A DNA stretch of 63,986 nt, the filler included, from Reticulomyxa filosa (Eukaryota > Protista > Foraminifera), in the NCBI GenBank assembly GCA_000512085.1. It is 16 parts of 16 records of this genome, joined end to end, with 100 filler letters (N's around TTAATTAATTAA, not from the genome) between each part and the next. Parts side by side here need not be neighbours in the genome. Positions count along the whole stretch, not along the records: positions 50,821 to 53,814 come from ASPP01000795.1; positions 53,915 to 55,972 come from ASPP01022484.1; positions 56,073 to 63,986 come from ASPP01004550.1; 13 more parts are not named here. The stretch is one strand, 5' to 3'. Below, in pieces: positions 51,170 through 63,986 of this stretch. The translations under genes and the position numbers were made by a program. The notes under the pieces were generated by a model. The model was not told the origin of the DNA. It did not search any database and saw only the letters and a list, made by a program, of their open reading frames with translations. Every line of letters starts with the position of its first letter. Position 1 is the first letter of the stretch.

Positions 51170-51900
51170 ACTCACGTGAAGATTACAGTGCGTGGATGGA
51201 TCCTTCAAGTTATATTTGTTAACCATGCTATTTCTAAATATGGTTTTGTTTTTGGTTTTATTTAGAATTTTCAAAATATAAAATAACAAATTATTGATAA
51301 ATATTCTATGCATGTTTTTTAAAACTGCTTTTCTCTACAATAAATAAATCTTTACTTAATGATTTAATAATTATGACCTTCCTTTCATTGATAAACCACT
51401 TTGAGTGCATACTTTCAAAATATAATTCACCACACTGGTCTCAGTTATACCAACAATTTTACAATTATCACTACCCTATAATCAATTGTTTTATTAATAG
51501 AACATAACACCAATATTATTCATTTTATTCCGTTGCTGTTACTTTGTAGTGGTAAAATATCAACACATCTAACAGCACTTGCATGTCCATTGAAAACATG
51601 TAATGATTTTGGTGTTTCAACATCCCATAAACAAATAGTATTATCAAATGATCCAGAACACAAATATCTACTACTATTAAATGGTGAAAATTCAATCACC
51701 ACTAGTGTGTTCATTGAATATTTGTAATTGCTTATGTTTAAAATCTCAAAAACAAATGATGCCTCCAGTTGATAAAAAAAATGACATTTTGATGATAACT
51801 ATGATAATGATATTGTGAAAATTTTTTCACAATACACATAACCTGAAGGTATTGAATTATTATTTGTAATAATTAAAGTAGCTTATATCTTTAAATTTGC
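51170..51900 (-). pseudogene. Decayed WD40-repeat gene
   Basis: IEFSPFNSSRYLCSGSFDNTICLWDVETPKSLHVFNGHASAVRCVD, flanked by disrupted repeats. Confidence 0.72.
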
Positions 51901-52308
51901 AACATTATTTGAAAAATATCATAAGAGTCATTTTTTAAAAAACTTACTGGTCTGTGAAGAACAATAATCAACTTAATGTTTTTTTTGTGATAGTTCTATC
52001 AAATTGCAAACTGCAAAATGTACACATTCAAAATATTCTTCTGTGAAAATGATAAAATAGCAAATGTAGCAATTCAAAGGACAATATTGAAGGAATCAAT
52101 GGAATAAAATTGTTACTGAATTATACCTTTCACTAGACATAATTGCTGTCATCTTTGTTGTAATCTTATATCCCAGGTTACACTTTTTAAAAGTGCAAGG
52201 GGTTTTTTTTTTTGTTTGAATGTTTTATTGAAATAGAAGATAGAGATAATAATTTCTTGAGCTAGCATTTCTCTAGCTGAGAAACTTTTTTGGAAATAAG
52301 TGTAAAAG

Positions 52309-53814
52309 ATGAAAGATCAGCAAGGAGACCCGACAAAGGAAGAGCTCCAGGAAAAGCAAGAGGATCAGTTTGGGGACGTTGTTTTGCGAAGAAGAGAAGC
52401 ATATATGTATAAAGTGTATATATGTATATGTATATGTGTGTGTGTGGAAAAGAATGAACGAGAAGAAAAAAGAAAGAGATTGAGATGTTACTGAATCTGC
52501 CGGAGCACATATTGGCAATGTTGGCGATAAACTGTGGGAAGAAGTACGTGGGAGACAAGATGAGAGACGAGACGATGGGAGTGGGAACGGCGTTGAAGAC
52601 ATTGGTGAAGCTATTGGACAAGGATAAGGAGAAGAAGAATGAGGAGAAGAATAGTACGAAGGTGAGCGAGCAGATGTTGGCGAAGAAGGAGGTACCAAAG
52701 TTGCACGTGATGTCATTGGGCAGTGAAGAGAAGCGAAGCATCAGCATGGGTGCGTTGAGTCGCTTGATGAGTGCACAGCGTCTGTACGGAAGCAAGATGA
52801 AGCGAAGTGGACAGCGAGGAGTGCAGAGCACGATCGTATGCAAGTTATTTGCGCAGACGTGGGTGACAGACGAGCAACGTCACGAGTTAGTGCAAAGCAT
52901 GTTGCGTCGTTGCGAGCAGGATTGCTTCGCGATGATGATGGAATGGCTGCATGTGTTGGCAGTATGTAATGACAATGGTAAGCAAACATATGAAAAGAAC
53001 GTGACAACGATTATCGGCACGTTGGTAAGTCAGGAGCCATTAAAGACGGAGTTGCTACGTCACGTGCTATTGCAGCTGCCGATTATCACGAAATACGCAT
53101 TTGACACGTGTTGTGTTTGTGCAATAGCGACGAGCACATGACATTGGGATTGACTATTGTGCGCGATCTGATCGTGGATAGACCCAAGTATTCCAAGCGT
53201 GCATTGCAATCATTGCTCAGCTTCACCAAAGAGCGAGTCGAACTCAGCGGCGCTGCGACCAGACTCATCGTCAACAAGCTGTACTGCGAAGACAAGTGTG
53301 TCGAATGGAAGCACGACATCGAGGCCTATGCCGTGCACAACTTTGAGGCCATTCTCGATCTCCCCGTCCACTCCACGGCCAAACCTCCGCCCGAACACTG
53401 GGCACACATGTCCGACGAAAAGGAGCGTCGTCTGCGCGAGGATCGCTACAAAAAGAGACTCGAACAGTGGGAACTGTCCGAAAAGCAGTGGCGCGACAAG
53501 GTCGTGCGCACACACTGCGAAATGTATCTCGCCCTGTGTGCCGTCAATCCCGCGCTTATGGCCGACAGACTGCTCCACGTGTACGTAGAACTGTCACCCA
53601 AGATGAAGCCACATCTCAGGCATCTCTGCGAGTCGCTTATCGCCCACTACGGCATCTGCGATACCACATTGCACATGCTCGTCGATCTCCCCGTCGGCGC
53701 CGAGGACTTTGGTGAGATGATTGTTGCAACTATTATGGGTACTGTTATGCCAAATGCGACATTAAACTCGAATAATAATAATAATAATAACAATAATAAT
53801 AATAATAATAATAA
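52309..53814 (+). CDS. SYMPK: Symplekin (3'-end processing scaffold), middle region; 3' end lost in gap
   Basis: VLLQLPII, LGLTIVRDLIVDRP, LIVNKLY, MYLALCAVNP..LLHVYVE..K, LVDLPVGAEDF. One frameshift at ~53107. Confidence 0.8.
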
Positions 53815-53989
53815 NNNNNNNNNNNNNNNNNNNNNNNNNNNNNNNNNNNNNNNNNNNNTTAATTAATTAANNNNNNNNNNNNNNNNNNNNNNNNNNNNNN
53901 NNNNNNNNNNNNNNGTTTCTGTTGTGTTTTCCAATATATAATTCCTGGCAAAGTACAAATAAGCAATCTATGTGGGGGGGGGGGGGGAA

Positions 53990-55972
53990 AGAGGTACAAA
54001 GAACAGAACGTGACGGAGGACTAACAAGATTCGATTGTGATGGAACAAGAGCATGTGCGAGTGATACGCTAGTATGCAGAGAGATGAATTGTGAAATCCG
54101 TTGTAATGGTGAGAGCAGTTGTGACTCGGCACGGATCGACGTATCGAGCATGCAAGTGAGAAAGGTGAACATTTGGTTGTTAGGATATGAAAGTGGAAAA
54201 GGATTGAGTGTAAATGGGACGAATGGATCGAATATAGGTTTGACGCGAATGCTAGAAAACAAGACAGTGGAGATGACAATCGAAGCGCAAGGCGAGAGCG
54301 CATTTGCGGAAGGAGTGGTGACAACATCGTATGGAATGAGTGTGTTAATAAATTGTAACGGATCATTTGCATGCAGTGAAGCAAAGATATTTGGTAGTGA
54401 CGCAGATGCATTGGAATGGAATTGCAATAGCGCAATGGCTTGTATGGACACATTGTTGTATTGTCCATTGCAATCAAGTCTATCGCCATTGCCACCATCG
54501 CCGTTGTGTCGAGTGAATTGTGAAAATGGTAATCAAGTGGAGACATGTGTGAACATGACAATCGTGTCAATGGGCGGATTACACACGATGGATTTGCGAT
54601 GCGAGACGACAAGACAGCAGTGCAAAGGAGTGACCATACATTGCGGAAGCGATTTGAGTCGACTTTGTGTATTGACAGAGACGAACAACAATAACAACAA
54701 CAACAACAACAATAACAACAGTGTGTACGATTGTGCATCGTGTGGGACATTGTGGTCATATGAACCACCCTCGGCACTTCGCATTCCTCGAAATAGTTGG
54801 TACATAATCGAATATGATACCAAGTATAGCAATGAGATTGATTGCTACAGCGAGAGCGATGAAGATTGCATCATCATTGGCAATGTCGTGAAAGCGTCCA
54901 AAGTCTCGACTTTAATCATCAACGCAGGCTTTGCCGATCGATTAATCATCTATGCCCATCACACTTCATTTTATGCGTCGTATCTGAAAAGCGCTAATGC
55001 CAAAAGTGTCGTGTTATATTCAAGTGCAAATGCAAACGACGTCAGAAACTTTTATTCCATGCAAATTACGCCACCTCAACAATCACTTGCTTTGTTTTGC
55101 ACGCAGCCCTGGTCGTGCTCTGCCTCCAAAATCACGACCACAGCCAACATTCATCCCCAATTGAACGCGACCATAGTCTGTAATAGTGCATACGCCTGCC
55201 AAAGTGCCTCATGGGACTTGAAGTATGCCAATCAAGTCAATCTAACGTGCGACGGTGCTAATGGCTGTGCCGGCATGCAGCTGACTGTATCCAACTACTC
55301 GACCAACAACAGAGTTGCGTGTCGAGGCACGTATGGCCTGACGCAGTCGACGGCCTCGTGCTTTCACGCCACGCTGTACTCCGAACTAGGTACGTCCACG
55401 GTCACCTTGGACTGTGACGTGGTGTCGGGCAACTTTACGTGTTCCAACACTGCCATCCGTTGTGGTTCAAATTACGAGTTTCTTTGCAATACGGTCGCAT
55501 TGTCGTCTTCCCTTCACAAATATAAGTGTGACCCCGTGTCTATTTGCACCAATTATTCGCATGAGCAATATCTGTTGCACGCACCAACATGTTCTTTATA
55601 TATATATATATACGTATACGTATACATATATGCATATAAATAATTTTTTTTTTTTTTTTTACGTACACAGCCAGTCCAACGTTGCCACCAACAACGAAGC
55701 ACATGTCTTGCAGCAACAACAGCTGCGTGTATGACTGCTTAGATCCCTTTGAGTGCGCAGACAAGGAATTGAAGTGCACGGAAGAATACTGCCAATTGCG
55801 CTGCCTTGAGAAAATGTCCTGCGCGAATGCAAAGTTGTATGCGTCGACTTTGAGAGTAAGAAACATCGAAGTGTTGTTGGCAGGACCGCGAAGCGGTAAT
55901 TATCTGAACATCTTTGGCTATCCGGACATATTTCAGTCTTCGGACCAACTGTCCGCCCGTGTGAAGCAAAAC
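53990..55972 (+). CDS. Cys-rich repetitive extracellular protein (C-x4/5-C repeats), partial
   Basis: Recurrent CDGTRAC, CNGESSC, CNGSFAC, CNSAMAC, CTQPWSC, CNSAYAC, CDGANGC, CLDPFEC, CLEKMSC with many N-x-S/T sequons. Confidence 0.72.
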
Positions 55973-56178
55973 NNNNNNNNNNNNNNNNNNNNNNNNNNNN
56001 NNNNNNNNNNNNNNNNTTAATTAATTAANNNNNNNNNNNNNNNNNNNNNNNNNNNNNNNNNNNNNNNNNNNNTTTTTTTGGGAGGATAAAAAAAAAAGAG
56101 TCAAATCGACACACTTAAAAAATACAAGACAAAATCAAGCAAGCGAACAATTTTGACAATTTAAGCAGTGGTGAAGAG

Positions 56179-57827
56179 ATGCAAAAAATCAGTCTAAAAA
56201 TGGCTACGCCGCCGGCTGCTCCACCATCACCGACAAAGATAAAATCAGATCATGGCACGCTTGTGGCGTTACCGTCCCCACAATTTTTCCTGTATCCTCC
56301 ATCTAAGGATTCGGCGCAACAAATTTTCCCGTGTCTGCAAACCCACAAGTATTTTTCTGAAAATACACGCCCCGATAATAATAAGGGGCGATTTGTGTGT
56401 CTGGCCATGTGCAAGAAGAACAATACTTGGGGCACATGCAAATCATCGTTCACCCAGCGATGCCATTGGTACCGGCATGTTCGCAAATTCCATGCCCAAA
56501 AGACTTAATTTTTTTTATAGCATGAAAGTAATCTTAATTTGTGCGTGCTCTGTACCCTTTGATTTTTTTCTAAAATGTGCGTTTTCTTCAGTCTTAGCAT
56601 TATTTTTTCTTGAAGTAGGTGCCTTGGTAAGTGTTTAAAGAATTTTTTTTGATATTAAGCTTCTTTCAAAGGGCGGGGAGCACGGGAAAATAACTCTAAA
56701 AATAATAATTAGAACAAATCCAGAAAACTATTGGAGCAGATACAATAAGAAAAGAATTTGTGATAATAATTGTAAGATCAATGATTCTGATCAAAAATTT
56801 CGTCTTTTGGATATTGAGCTTTCATCTTCTTTTGGGCGAGGGACAAAGAGGTACGTAGGAGGAAAGGTGGACGAGAGGGAAAAGAGAAACAAGGGATCAA
56901 TATGTAACATGAAAACAAATTTAAAAAGATGCGATAAAAGCACAAACATCGAACCAGCAAGACCTGGATAGCAAAGTGGTAAAAATGAAGAGATTGCCAC
57001 CTCAAGTATTATATGCAGGAGAGACAACAATAATCGATCTGAGCGATTTCTTTTCTTCGTAAGTTGTGGAGGAGAAAGAGAAAACAATAGTTTGTCGGTG
57101 CAAAGAATAAGAAAAGAGTAATGATAATAATAATAATAGGACGTCGCAAGTGAGTTATTTTGTGTATTGTTTGGACGACAGTGAAGAAATGAACGGGGCA
57201 CAAGTCCATTGCCCATACTGGTTAGACTTTGACCACAAATATCCGAGGTTCGTAGCCCGACCCCCAAAAAACCTCTCTTTGATAGAGCCGGCCTACACGG
57301 TGCGCGTGTTGGCGAAGCCATTGCACAGCTCGAATATCGCCGAGGAGGAGCTAGTGCTGATCGTGCAACACACGTGTTTTGAGAAATGCCCCAAGCACTT
57401 TGGTGTGGGTTGCACCGATTGGGAGCTCATGATGACCGCTGCCGGCGCATACGGACTCATCATGTTCGCACTCGGCATTTTCTGTCATCACACGTTGCAT
57501 TTCTGTGTTGAGTCGTATCAAAGGGAAAGGGCCAAGCGCTCGTGGAGGAAGCCCATTAAAAAAGATACCACTGAGCACACTGACAGCGATAATGAGACCA
57601 GCAGCAGACCCATTCGCAATTCTACTGGCGTAGTTGATGTAAGCACAGCTGAGAAATGGAATGGTATTGTCAGTCTCAAAGGCAATAGGTATCAAATGAT
57701 CAACGTTTTTGATATTGATAGCGATGACGAACGAATGGACGCTGAGGCCATAAAGAGACAATGGTTCTTGCGACGATGGACTATTCTATTTTGCAGATAT
57801 TTTTGTAAAAATAAAAGGAATCAATAA
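56179..57827 (+). CDS. Exons ending in one TM helix and a cytoplasmic tail; possibly the 3' end of the Cys-rich protein
   Basis: ORF 57150..57827: WELMMTAAGAYGLIMFALGIFC followed by a basic stop-transfer segment. Link to the upstream contig is unproven. Confidence 0.45.
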
Positions 57828-58297
57828 TAATTCTTTTCTTTTTCCATATATTTTCCGATTCTCCTTGCTTTCGTTTGCTTTTGCTCTTGTTTTTTTGTTG
57901 CTTACAGCCATTGGATACGTTCTGTGCATTTACACGTCTCTTCTCAGCAAACGATTGCTCTTACATATTCCCATTTTTGGTCTTTGTTCTTTTTCTTCAT
58001 GCATATTTTCAAATTGCGATTTGCTTTGGGGCAAATCAAATGCAACTTATATCTTATCCTTTTATCATTATTTGAATCAATCTTTTTTGAAAGAAATTAA
58101 TTTGATTTTTTATTTTTTTCGATATCTTTGAAACTAAGGTAAATTATTTTCTTAAATGAGTACTGCACTTAATTGAATGCCGCCTTAGTTCATGCAAAGA
58201 AATTTCTTCACTGTTTTTTTGAAAACTTGAGTAGTCTTTACCCCTTCTGCAAATAAAAAAATCTACTTGTTTCAAACTTGAAAAAACAATATCAACC

Positions 58298-61041
58298 ATG
58301 AGTTTTGGTCAATCCCATATTCCAAAAAATGTTGCGGGCAATCAATTTAACAGTGTGGTTGATTCTACCCCTTGCCATACACGCACCCATCAACCTCGTC
58401 AAAATTCAAGCTTTTTCCTGAGCACAATGACTCCATGGACAGCAAATCCATTTCGACGACGACGGGTTGAAAATACGCCTTCGATCTCTCAAGTTCAAAG
58501 TGGAGAAACATCGTTTACAAGTAATGTGCGTGAGGACAATAGCCAGATTCTTCGTTTTTACGGACTTGCGGTGTTGATACTATTGTTTCTCTCCGTCATA
58601 TTTCGCACATTATCGTCATCTGTTACAGGTATTCAAAAATATTGTTTTCTTTAGATAAAAAAAAAAAACAAACAATAACTAAAAAAAGGCGTTGGCAAAA
58701 GCTTGATTTTTTGGGTATTTTCGATGTTGTCATTGATTGGAAGTTTATATTTTGTGGCCAAAATGTTGATTTCGTTGTGGTGGGGATGGTCACAACAATG
58801 GAACTGGCCATTGCTATTGCAAAAAATGGGACTGATTGATCCTCAAATGTTGAAGGACAACCATCGACTTTTCGAAACCCATGGAACCAAGTTTGTAGAA
58901 GATAGATACAATGCCATGGAAACAAATGGAATGATGCAAACTCACTCTGTCCACAACAATGGTATTTCTTCAAATAATTGTTTACACATCACCCCACTGG
59001 CGACACACAAGCTTTTTTTGTCCGACAAAGTATAAACGGGAACAAAAACAAAATGTGCTTTTGAACACGGGAAAACAAACAATGAATATCTCCGCAATTT
59101 TTATAATTTTTTTTTTGTGAGTTACGAGAAACGGAAAAAAAAGGCTAAGTGTAAAACGATAAAATAATAAAACACAAAACACAAAAAACCAAAATATTGT
59201 ATGAAAAAGGATTGCGGATGAGAGGATCTCATGGAGCAATCGCAGACAACGACATGATGGGGTCTGTTTACTCAACAAAACATGACGACGTTGTCTCGAA
59301 GTATCCAATGTCGACAGCAACCGGCGCCAGTGGTGGTGTAGTTAGCAACTTCAAAAATTTTTTGGTGACCCATACTCCTCAAGGATTTTTGCGAGCCAAA
59401 GCGCCTATTTCCAAACTTTTGAATCGCTTTGGAATGACCCCGGCTTCACAGCAAACAAAGCCACCGACATGTAATTTTTGTTTGATTTTTGTTTCCTAAC
59501 GTTCACACAGACATTGTATTTGGAATGTGATTGAACAGATAATGCCTTTGCCACAACTGGAAACAATAATGAATTGAATGACGCAACAAATTACAAAAAC
59601 CAAAAGAGTACCGACACAACGAAACCGAAAATGTTTGATCAGCCAATCAATGGCCTACGAGCAGACGAATATGGCAATGTACAATATTCCAATCCAATGC
59701 AAACTGGACGAGATATAACACGTCCACAAGGATCTCACGATATTTTTACCGATCAACGAAAAAATGACCCTTTGGACATGTTGAAAAATAAATCGATACC
59801 ACAACTGGGCTTGCATCCAAAATGGAATTCGCATTACTCTGATTTGGCAAGACAGCTATATCGTGACTTGGGCATTGGAGCAAATATTCTTGAATGGGCT
59901 GAGTCATCGAAATGGGTAAGAATAAAACAAAACAATAATCGATCCTTGCTGTCTTATATTTGTATTACACAGATACAATGAGAAGCACAGACTAATGAGT
60001 GCGTATGTATGATTGTGATTGATAATAGTTTGTAGCAAGTTTGTGCCAGCAACGACATAAATTGTGGGAGAAAACCAATGAAATGGTGGAATTATTGGTG
60101 GCACAATTGAGACAATGGTATCCCAATTCGAAACAAAATTTTGATGCGCTGGTGAACGTGTATGCTAAGTCACAGTTTTTAGTTGACAATTATAAGCAAA
60201 TGCAACAAGTGGCCAAAGAAAAGGATATGCCCAAAATTTGTGAATTTGTAGAGAAGAGGAAACAAGTGATCGAATGTGTGGGTAAGTTGTTGTTGACAAC
60301 GAAGAATAGAAATTCACAGTCGATTGATTTATGGAAAGAATTAAGCACGCCCGAACAATCCTCCAAATACCAGTATCTAATCCAAAAGATTCAGATGTTT
60401 GGAAAGAACCAATGGAATTTATATGATTTACTTAAGACTGATCCAAAATGTAACTATTTGACCAGCAGCTATATAATAATGAACTTATTTGTACAATATA
60501 TGGATGACGTATTATGCCCGGGATTGGATCTCTTCCGTGCCAAACATTACTTGGAAATTTCATTGTCAGAAATGAATAATCTGACTAGTTACAAAAATAC
60601 GTTCAAAGATGTCGCTATTGTTTGTGTGCAGCAACATAACCCCACAATTGTCCATCTACAAGAACAAGATAACAAGTATATGTGTTTACCTCCTTTTTTT
60701 CTACTTACGTTCAATGCCATTCCTATCTCTTTGAAACGATTTTTTTGAATGCTTGCAACAAATACAGATCGAATGATTACTCCCTTCCATATTTTTTTAT
60801 TATGTTTGATGAAGAGTTGACTAAAAGTACCTCGACTCATCACTGCGGAGGGAAAGAAAATCGCTGGACCAATAACACTACTGTGAAGGTTGGCGCTTGG
60901 TACACAGAACCTGGTCAAAGAAATGTATTCGATTGCATTGCATTGTTTGCATTGTTCATTCACAAATTTTTGAAAAATCATTTGGATAAAGTCAATATGT
61001 CTGAAAAAACTAATTTTTTGTCAACTGTGTTAGGGTTGTGA
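58298..61041 (+). CDS. TMEM209: TMEM209-like nuclear-envelope protein, multi-exon
   Basis: Two N-terminal TM helices, low-complexity middle, C-terminal SYIIMNLFVQYMD..F..KHY and GQRNVFDCIALFALFI..LDKVNM. Confidence 0.68.
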
Positions 61042-61659
61042 AGTTGTTTTGTGTTTATTTTTTTTATCCTATTTAAATTTTTATTGCTGTATTTTATTTT
61101 TTGTGAAGTTTTCATTTAGTTCTTTTGACAAACAAGTACTTCCAACGATTAAAATCTCATTTCAAGCAATATAGAAAGTATAATTAGCTATATGCTAGCT
61201 AATGAAAAGAAAAACCAAGTTACCTTGAAGAGCCAAGAAGAAAGCAACAAGTTTATGCATACTTACAAAAGTTTGGTAATGAATGCAAATGAAAATTTTT
61301 TTAATGTTTGCTTGTTTTTTCTAGTGGAGACTAGACAGTGACAATATCTAGAAGCAATTCTTGGACATTTGTTCACAAATTGCGACGTAATTCAATGTAC
61401 ATTCACGCCAAGTACAATAAGGAGACTTTGATCTTTGGATATTATGCAAATAATCATTCAAAGTAATCAATCGACAAATGATCTTGCGTTATCTAAATAT
61501 CAATAAATGTAATATAATTTTTTCAAATGATTGAGTCTACATAAGATTAGACAGTAAATATTGTGGTATTGCATGTCTTGGAATATAAATTCATTCGCAA
61601 GTCCAATATTTATTCTATTGCTATATAAAAATTGATTAAATATATGATTATTCAAAAAC

Positions 61660-63620
61660 ACAACTTATAAATGATGTTGGCTAAAATCTGGTTGAAATTG
61701 TTGGGATTTCTTGTGAGCATTATTTACAACAAGATCAACTTTATCATTTACAGGAATTCCAGAATGTACTTTAATCAAATATATATCTGGAGCATTATCT
61801 TCATTAAATGATATAAATATATATGACAATAAATAATCGGTATTTGTTGAATGTCGCATTGATCACGAATTTGCAATTAGTGAACAGAATCAATCTTCCA
61901 AAATGTGATATGTAATGGTTAATCACATATTACAATGCAAGTCTCATTGCTACGATATTTGATCCAATGTTTGTTGTAATGCCATTGATTGGATTCCAAT
62001 TCCAGATATTATGGCAAATATGGATCCTGGATGACAAGTCATGTAAATCAAATTCAGGATTTGGGAATGTAATTCTGTCTCAAAATATCACAATGCGATC
62101 AAGGTCCAACGATAACAAAATTTCATCTGACGTTGGCTTATTGAAGATTGCAAATGGTGATTTATTTGATTGTGGCATAATTGCGATTTGCATCGGCGGA
62201 ATATTTAGGGTGTGAATCTGGGTTAACTATAGGCAGTCCAGTTTCATGAATACATCCAAGGGATAATATCGATAATTTAATAATCAATGAGATATAATTC
62301 AATTGAATCTTTGATCTTGATTCATTCCAAATCTTGTATGCTAAAACAAGATTATGCGACATAACCATATGATAGACTTGTGATATAACTTCACATTTTC
62401 TTGTCTTCGTCGTAATTGAAGAGAAGGAAGCTGGGAATTAACATCGACTGTGTCATAAGCAGTCTTGTTCATCACACCAAGAATTTGACACATTGCAATT
62501 ATTTGTATACTTTCAAATAATCTCTTATGTGTATCTACTGCTGACACCTTTGTATGAACATAGGTATGTCAAATAATCAAGTTTCCTCACTGAGCCATAG
62601 ATGTAATTAACATCATGTGGGAATCAAGAAACAATCCAAGATACTTCACATGATAGTATTCCTTCAGGTTTGAGTTCTACAATGTTAATTGAATCGTTGG
62701 GAATTTTCTTTTATTTTGATGTCTGAATGTGATGCAATCATCTTATCAGCTGCAAGTAATATCTTCCATTTATTCGATCAAATAGATACTTCATCCAGAA
62801 TTTTCTGCAATGATTAAATTGATCAACCATTTCATCGACATCACTTGTAAATATCGATGTCCAAAGTACAACGTCATTAACAAACATTCCATATTGAATA
62901 GGTTGATGGATGACTGTTGGTAAATCATTAATATACAATAGAAACAATATTGAGGATAAAGCAGATCATTGAGGGACTCCAGTATTGAATTCCATCAAAT
63001 CTGAATTTATTCCATTCAATGCAACTCTTCCAAGTCGATCTGATAAAAAACTGTTAATTCATCAATAAAATCTTCCATATAATTTAAATTTATGTCTCAT
63101 TTTATATCTCAGATTATTTCTCCAAACACTATCATATGCTGCAGAGATTCCAATAACCTGCATCGAATGACTTGTGAATCGTCTCAGTCAATCTCATTAA
63201 CAACTCATCTGTGTTATGCCACGATTGGAATCCTGCTTGTGTTTGATGCAATAATTGTTTGTCATTCAAACACCACATTTATCTCTTTGTGATGATTATT
63301 CGATACTTGATAACAGTGCAATCGGCCTACGATTCTTGCGCTGGACTATGACATCTGTCAAGCTTGGGAATAGACACAATGTTTGCCCTTTTCCATGCAA
63401 TAGGCATATATGATATTCGAAAACTCTATCCAAATAGGAATACCAATGATTCAATCATTGTATTACAATCATTCTTTAAAATTTAATTGTTAACGTTATT
63501 AGGACTTTGAGCTTTGTATGAGACAAATGTCTCATAGCTTCAATGACTTCTTCTTTTGTGGTATTACTCTGATGGATATCACTCAATTTTAAAGGTTTAG
63601 ATATCGCCACTTTAAATCTA
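61660..63620 (-). mobile_element. Degenerate non-LTR retrotransposon (RT + RNase H), 5' truncated
   Basis: WKRANIVSIPK..RPIALLS, AAYDSVW, GVPQ*SALSSILFLLYINDL, MFVNDVVLW (YADD box decayed), VKYLGLFLD, RNase H end IKVHSGIPVNDKVDL; many stops. Confidence 0.87.
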
Positions 63621-63639
63621 AAGAAGGGATTTAATCCAT

Positions 63640-63770
63640 AATTATTCAGGAATGCCGCTGATCTATGTTGTTGAATCAAATTTGGTTGCAATTGCTGAGC
63701 TTTCTTGCGATCATTATTTGCAACAAGATCCACTTTATCATTTCCAGGAATATCAGAATGACCTTTAATA
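63640..63770 (-). mobile_element. RNase H 3' fragment of a second related LINE copy
   Basis: IKGHSDIPGNDKVDLVANNDRKKAQQLQPN aligns at DNA and protein level with 61670-61775. Confidence 0.7.
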
Positions 63771-63986
63771 AAAAAAAAATTAATTTAAACATCATTCATC
63801 ATCGAGATAAACTTTTGAAAAAAGTTGTATTTTGAAGGAAGACAAGCAGAACAACTAGGTACTGCAACATCTAGGAGTATTTGAAAGAAGTTCAAAGTTA
63901 ATCTTCGATTATTAACAACGATTTTCGTCGTCAACAAGATTGTGGCAAAACAGAAACAAAGACAAAGATACAAAGAAAATACTTTC

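Noticed and set aside
9278-56072. Regularly recurring TTAATTAATTAA palindrome as a biological repeat or CRISPR-like array
   Set aside because: Always embedded in exactly 44+44 Ns; an artificial six-frame-stop contig spacer.
1-63986. Alternative genetic code (stop-codon reassignment), tRNA/rRNA genes, bacterial contamination
   Set aside because: Conserved genes read through with the standard code and end at TAA/TGA; interruptions are explained by introns or indels; no structured RNA gene recognised; the bacterial-like domains carry spliceosomal introns.

Overview
AT-rich eukaryotic nuclear DNA. It is 16 contigs joined by 15 identical 100-nt artificial spacers (N44-TTAATTAATTAA-N44). Genes carry GT-AG introns, many low-complexity (poly-N/K/Q) tracts and single-base frameshifts in homopolymers, consistent with a pyrosequencing-type draft assembly. 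Decayed WD40 genes ending in ...IRIWG, caspase-like/TPR genes and the overall composition suggest a foraminiferan such as Reticulomyxa filosa (inference, not verified). Recognisable housekeeping genes: PRP4 kinase, tandem CCCH zinc-finger protein, PCYT2, G-alpha (C-terminus), RasGEF (C-terminus), Deltex RING-DTC ligase, AAGAB/Irc6-like, ACP5-like phosphatase, tandem PH protein, symplekin, TMEM209. Mobile DNA: a decayed RT+RNase H LINE and a Tc1-like relic. Most interesting: (1) an intron-containing RelA/SpoT-like synthetase domain fused to ankyrin-like repeats; (2) a multicopy caspase-like + TPR family with a His-intact/Cys-substituted active site; (3) introns whose 3' splice sites follow poly-A rather than polypyrimidine tracts, often with an upstream T-run that could pair with them; (4) a Nudix hydrolase fused to an isolated Tpt1/KptA N-lobe; (5) a PfkB kinase-KpsF/GutQ isomerase fusion. 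All domain calls are by eye from motifs; no searches were run, and exon boundaries are manual predictions.
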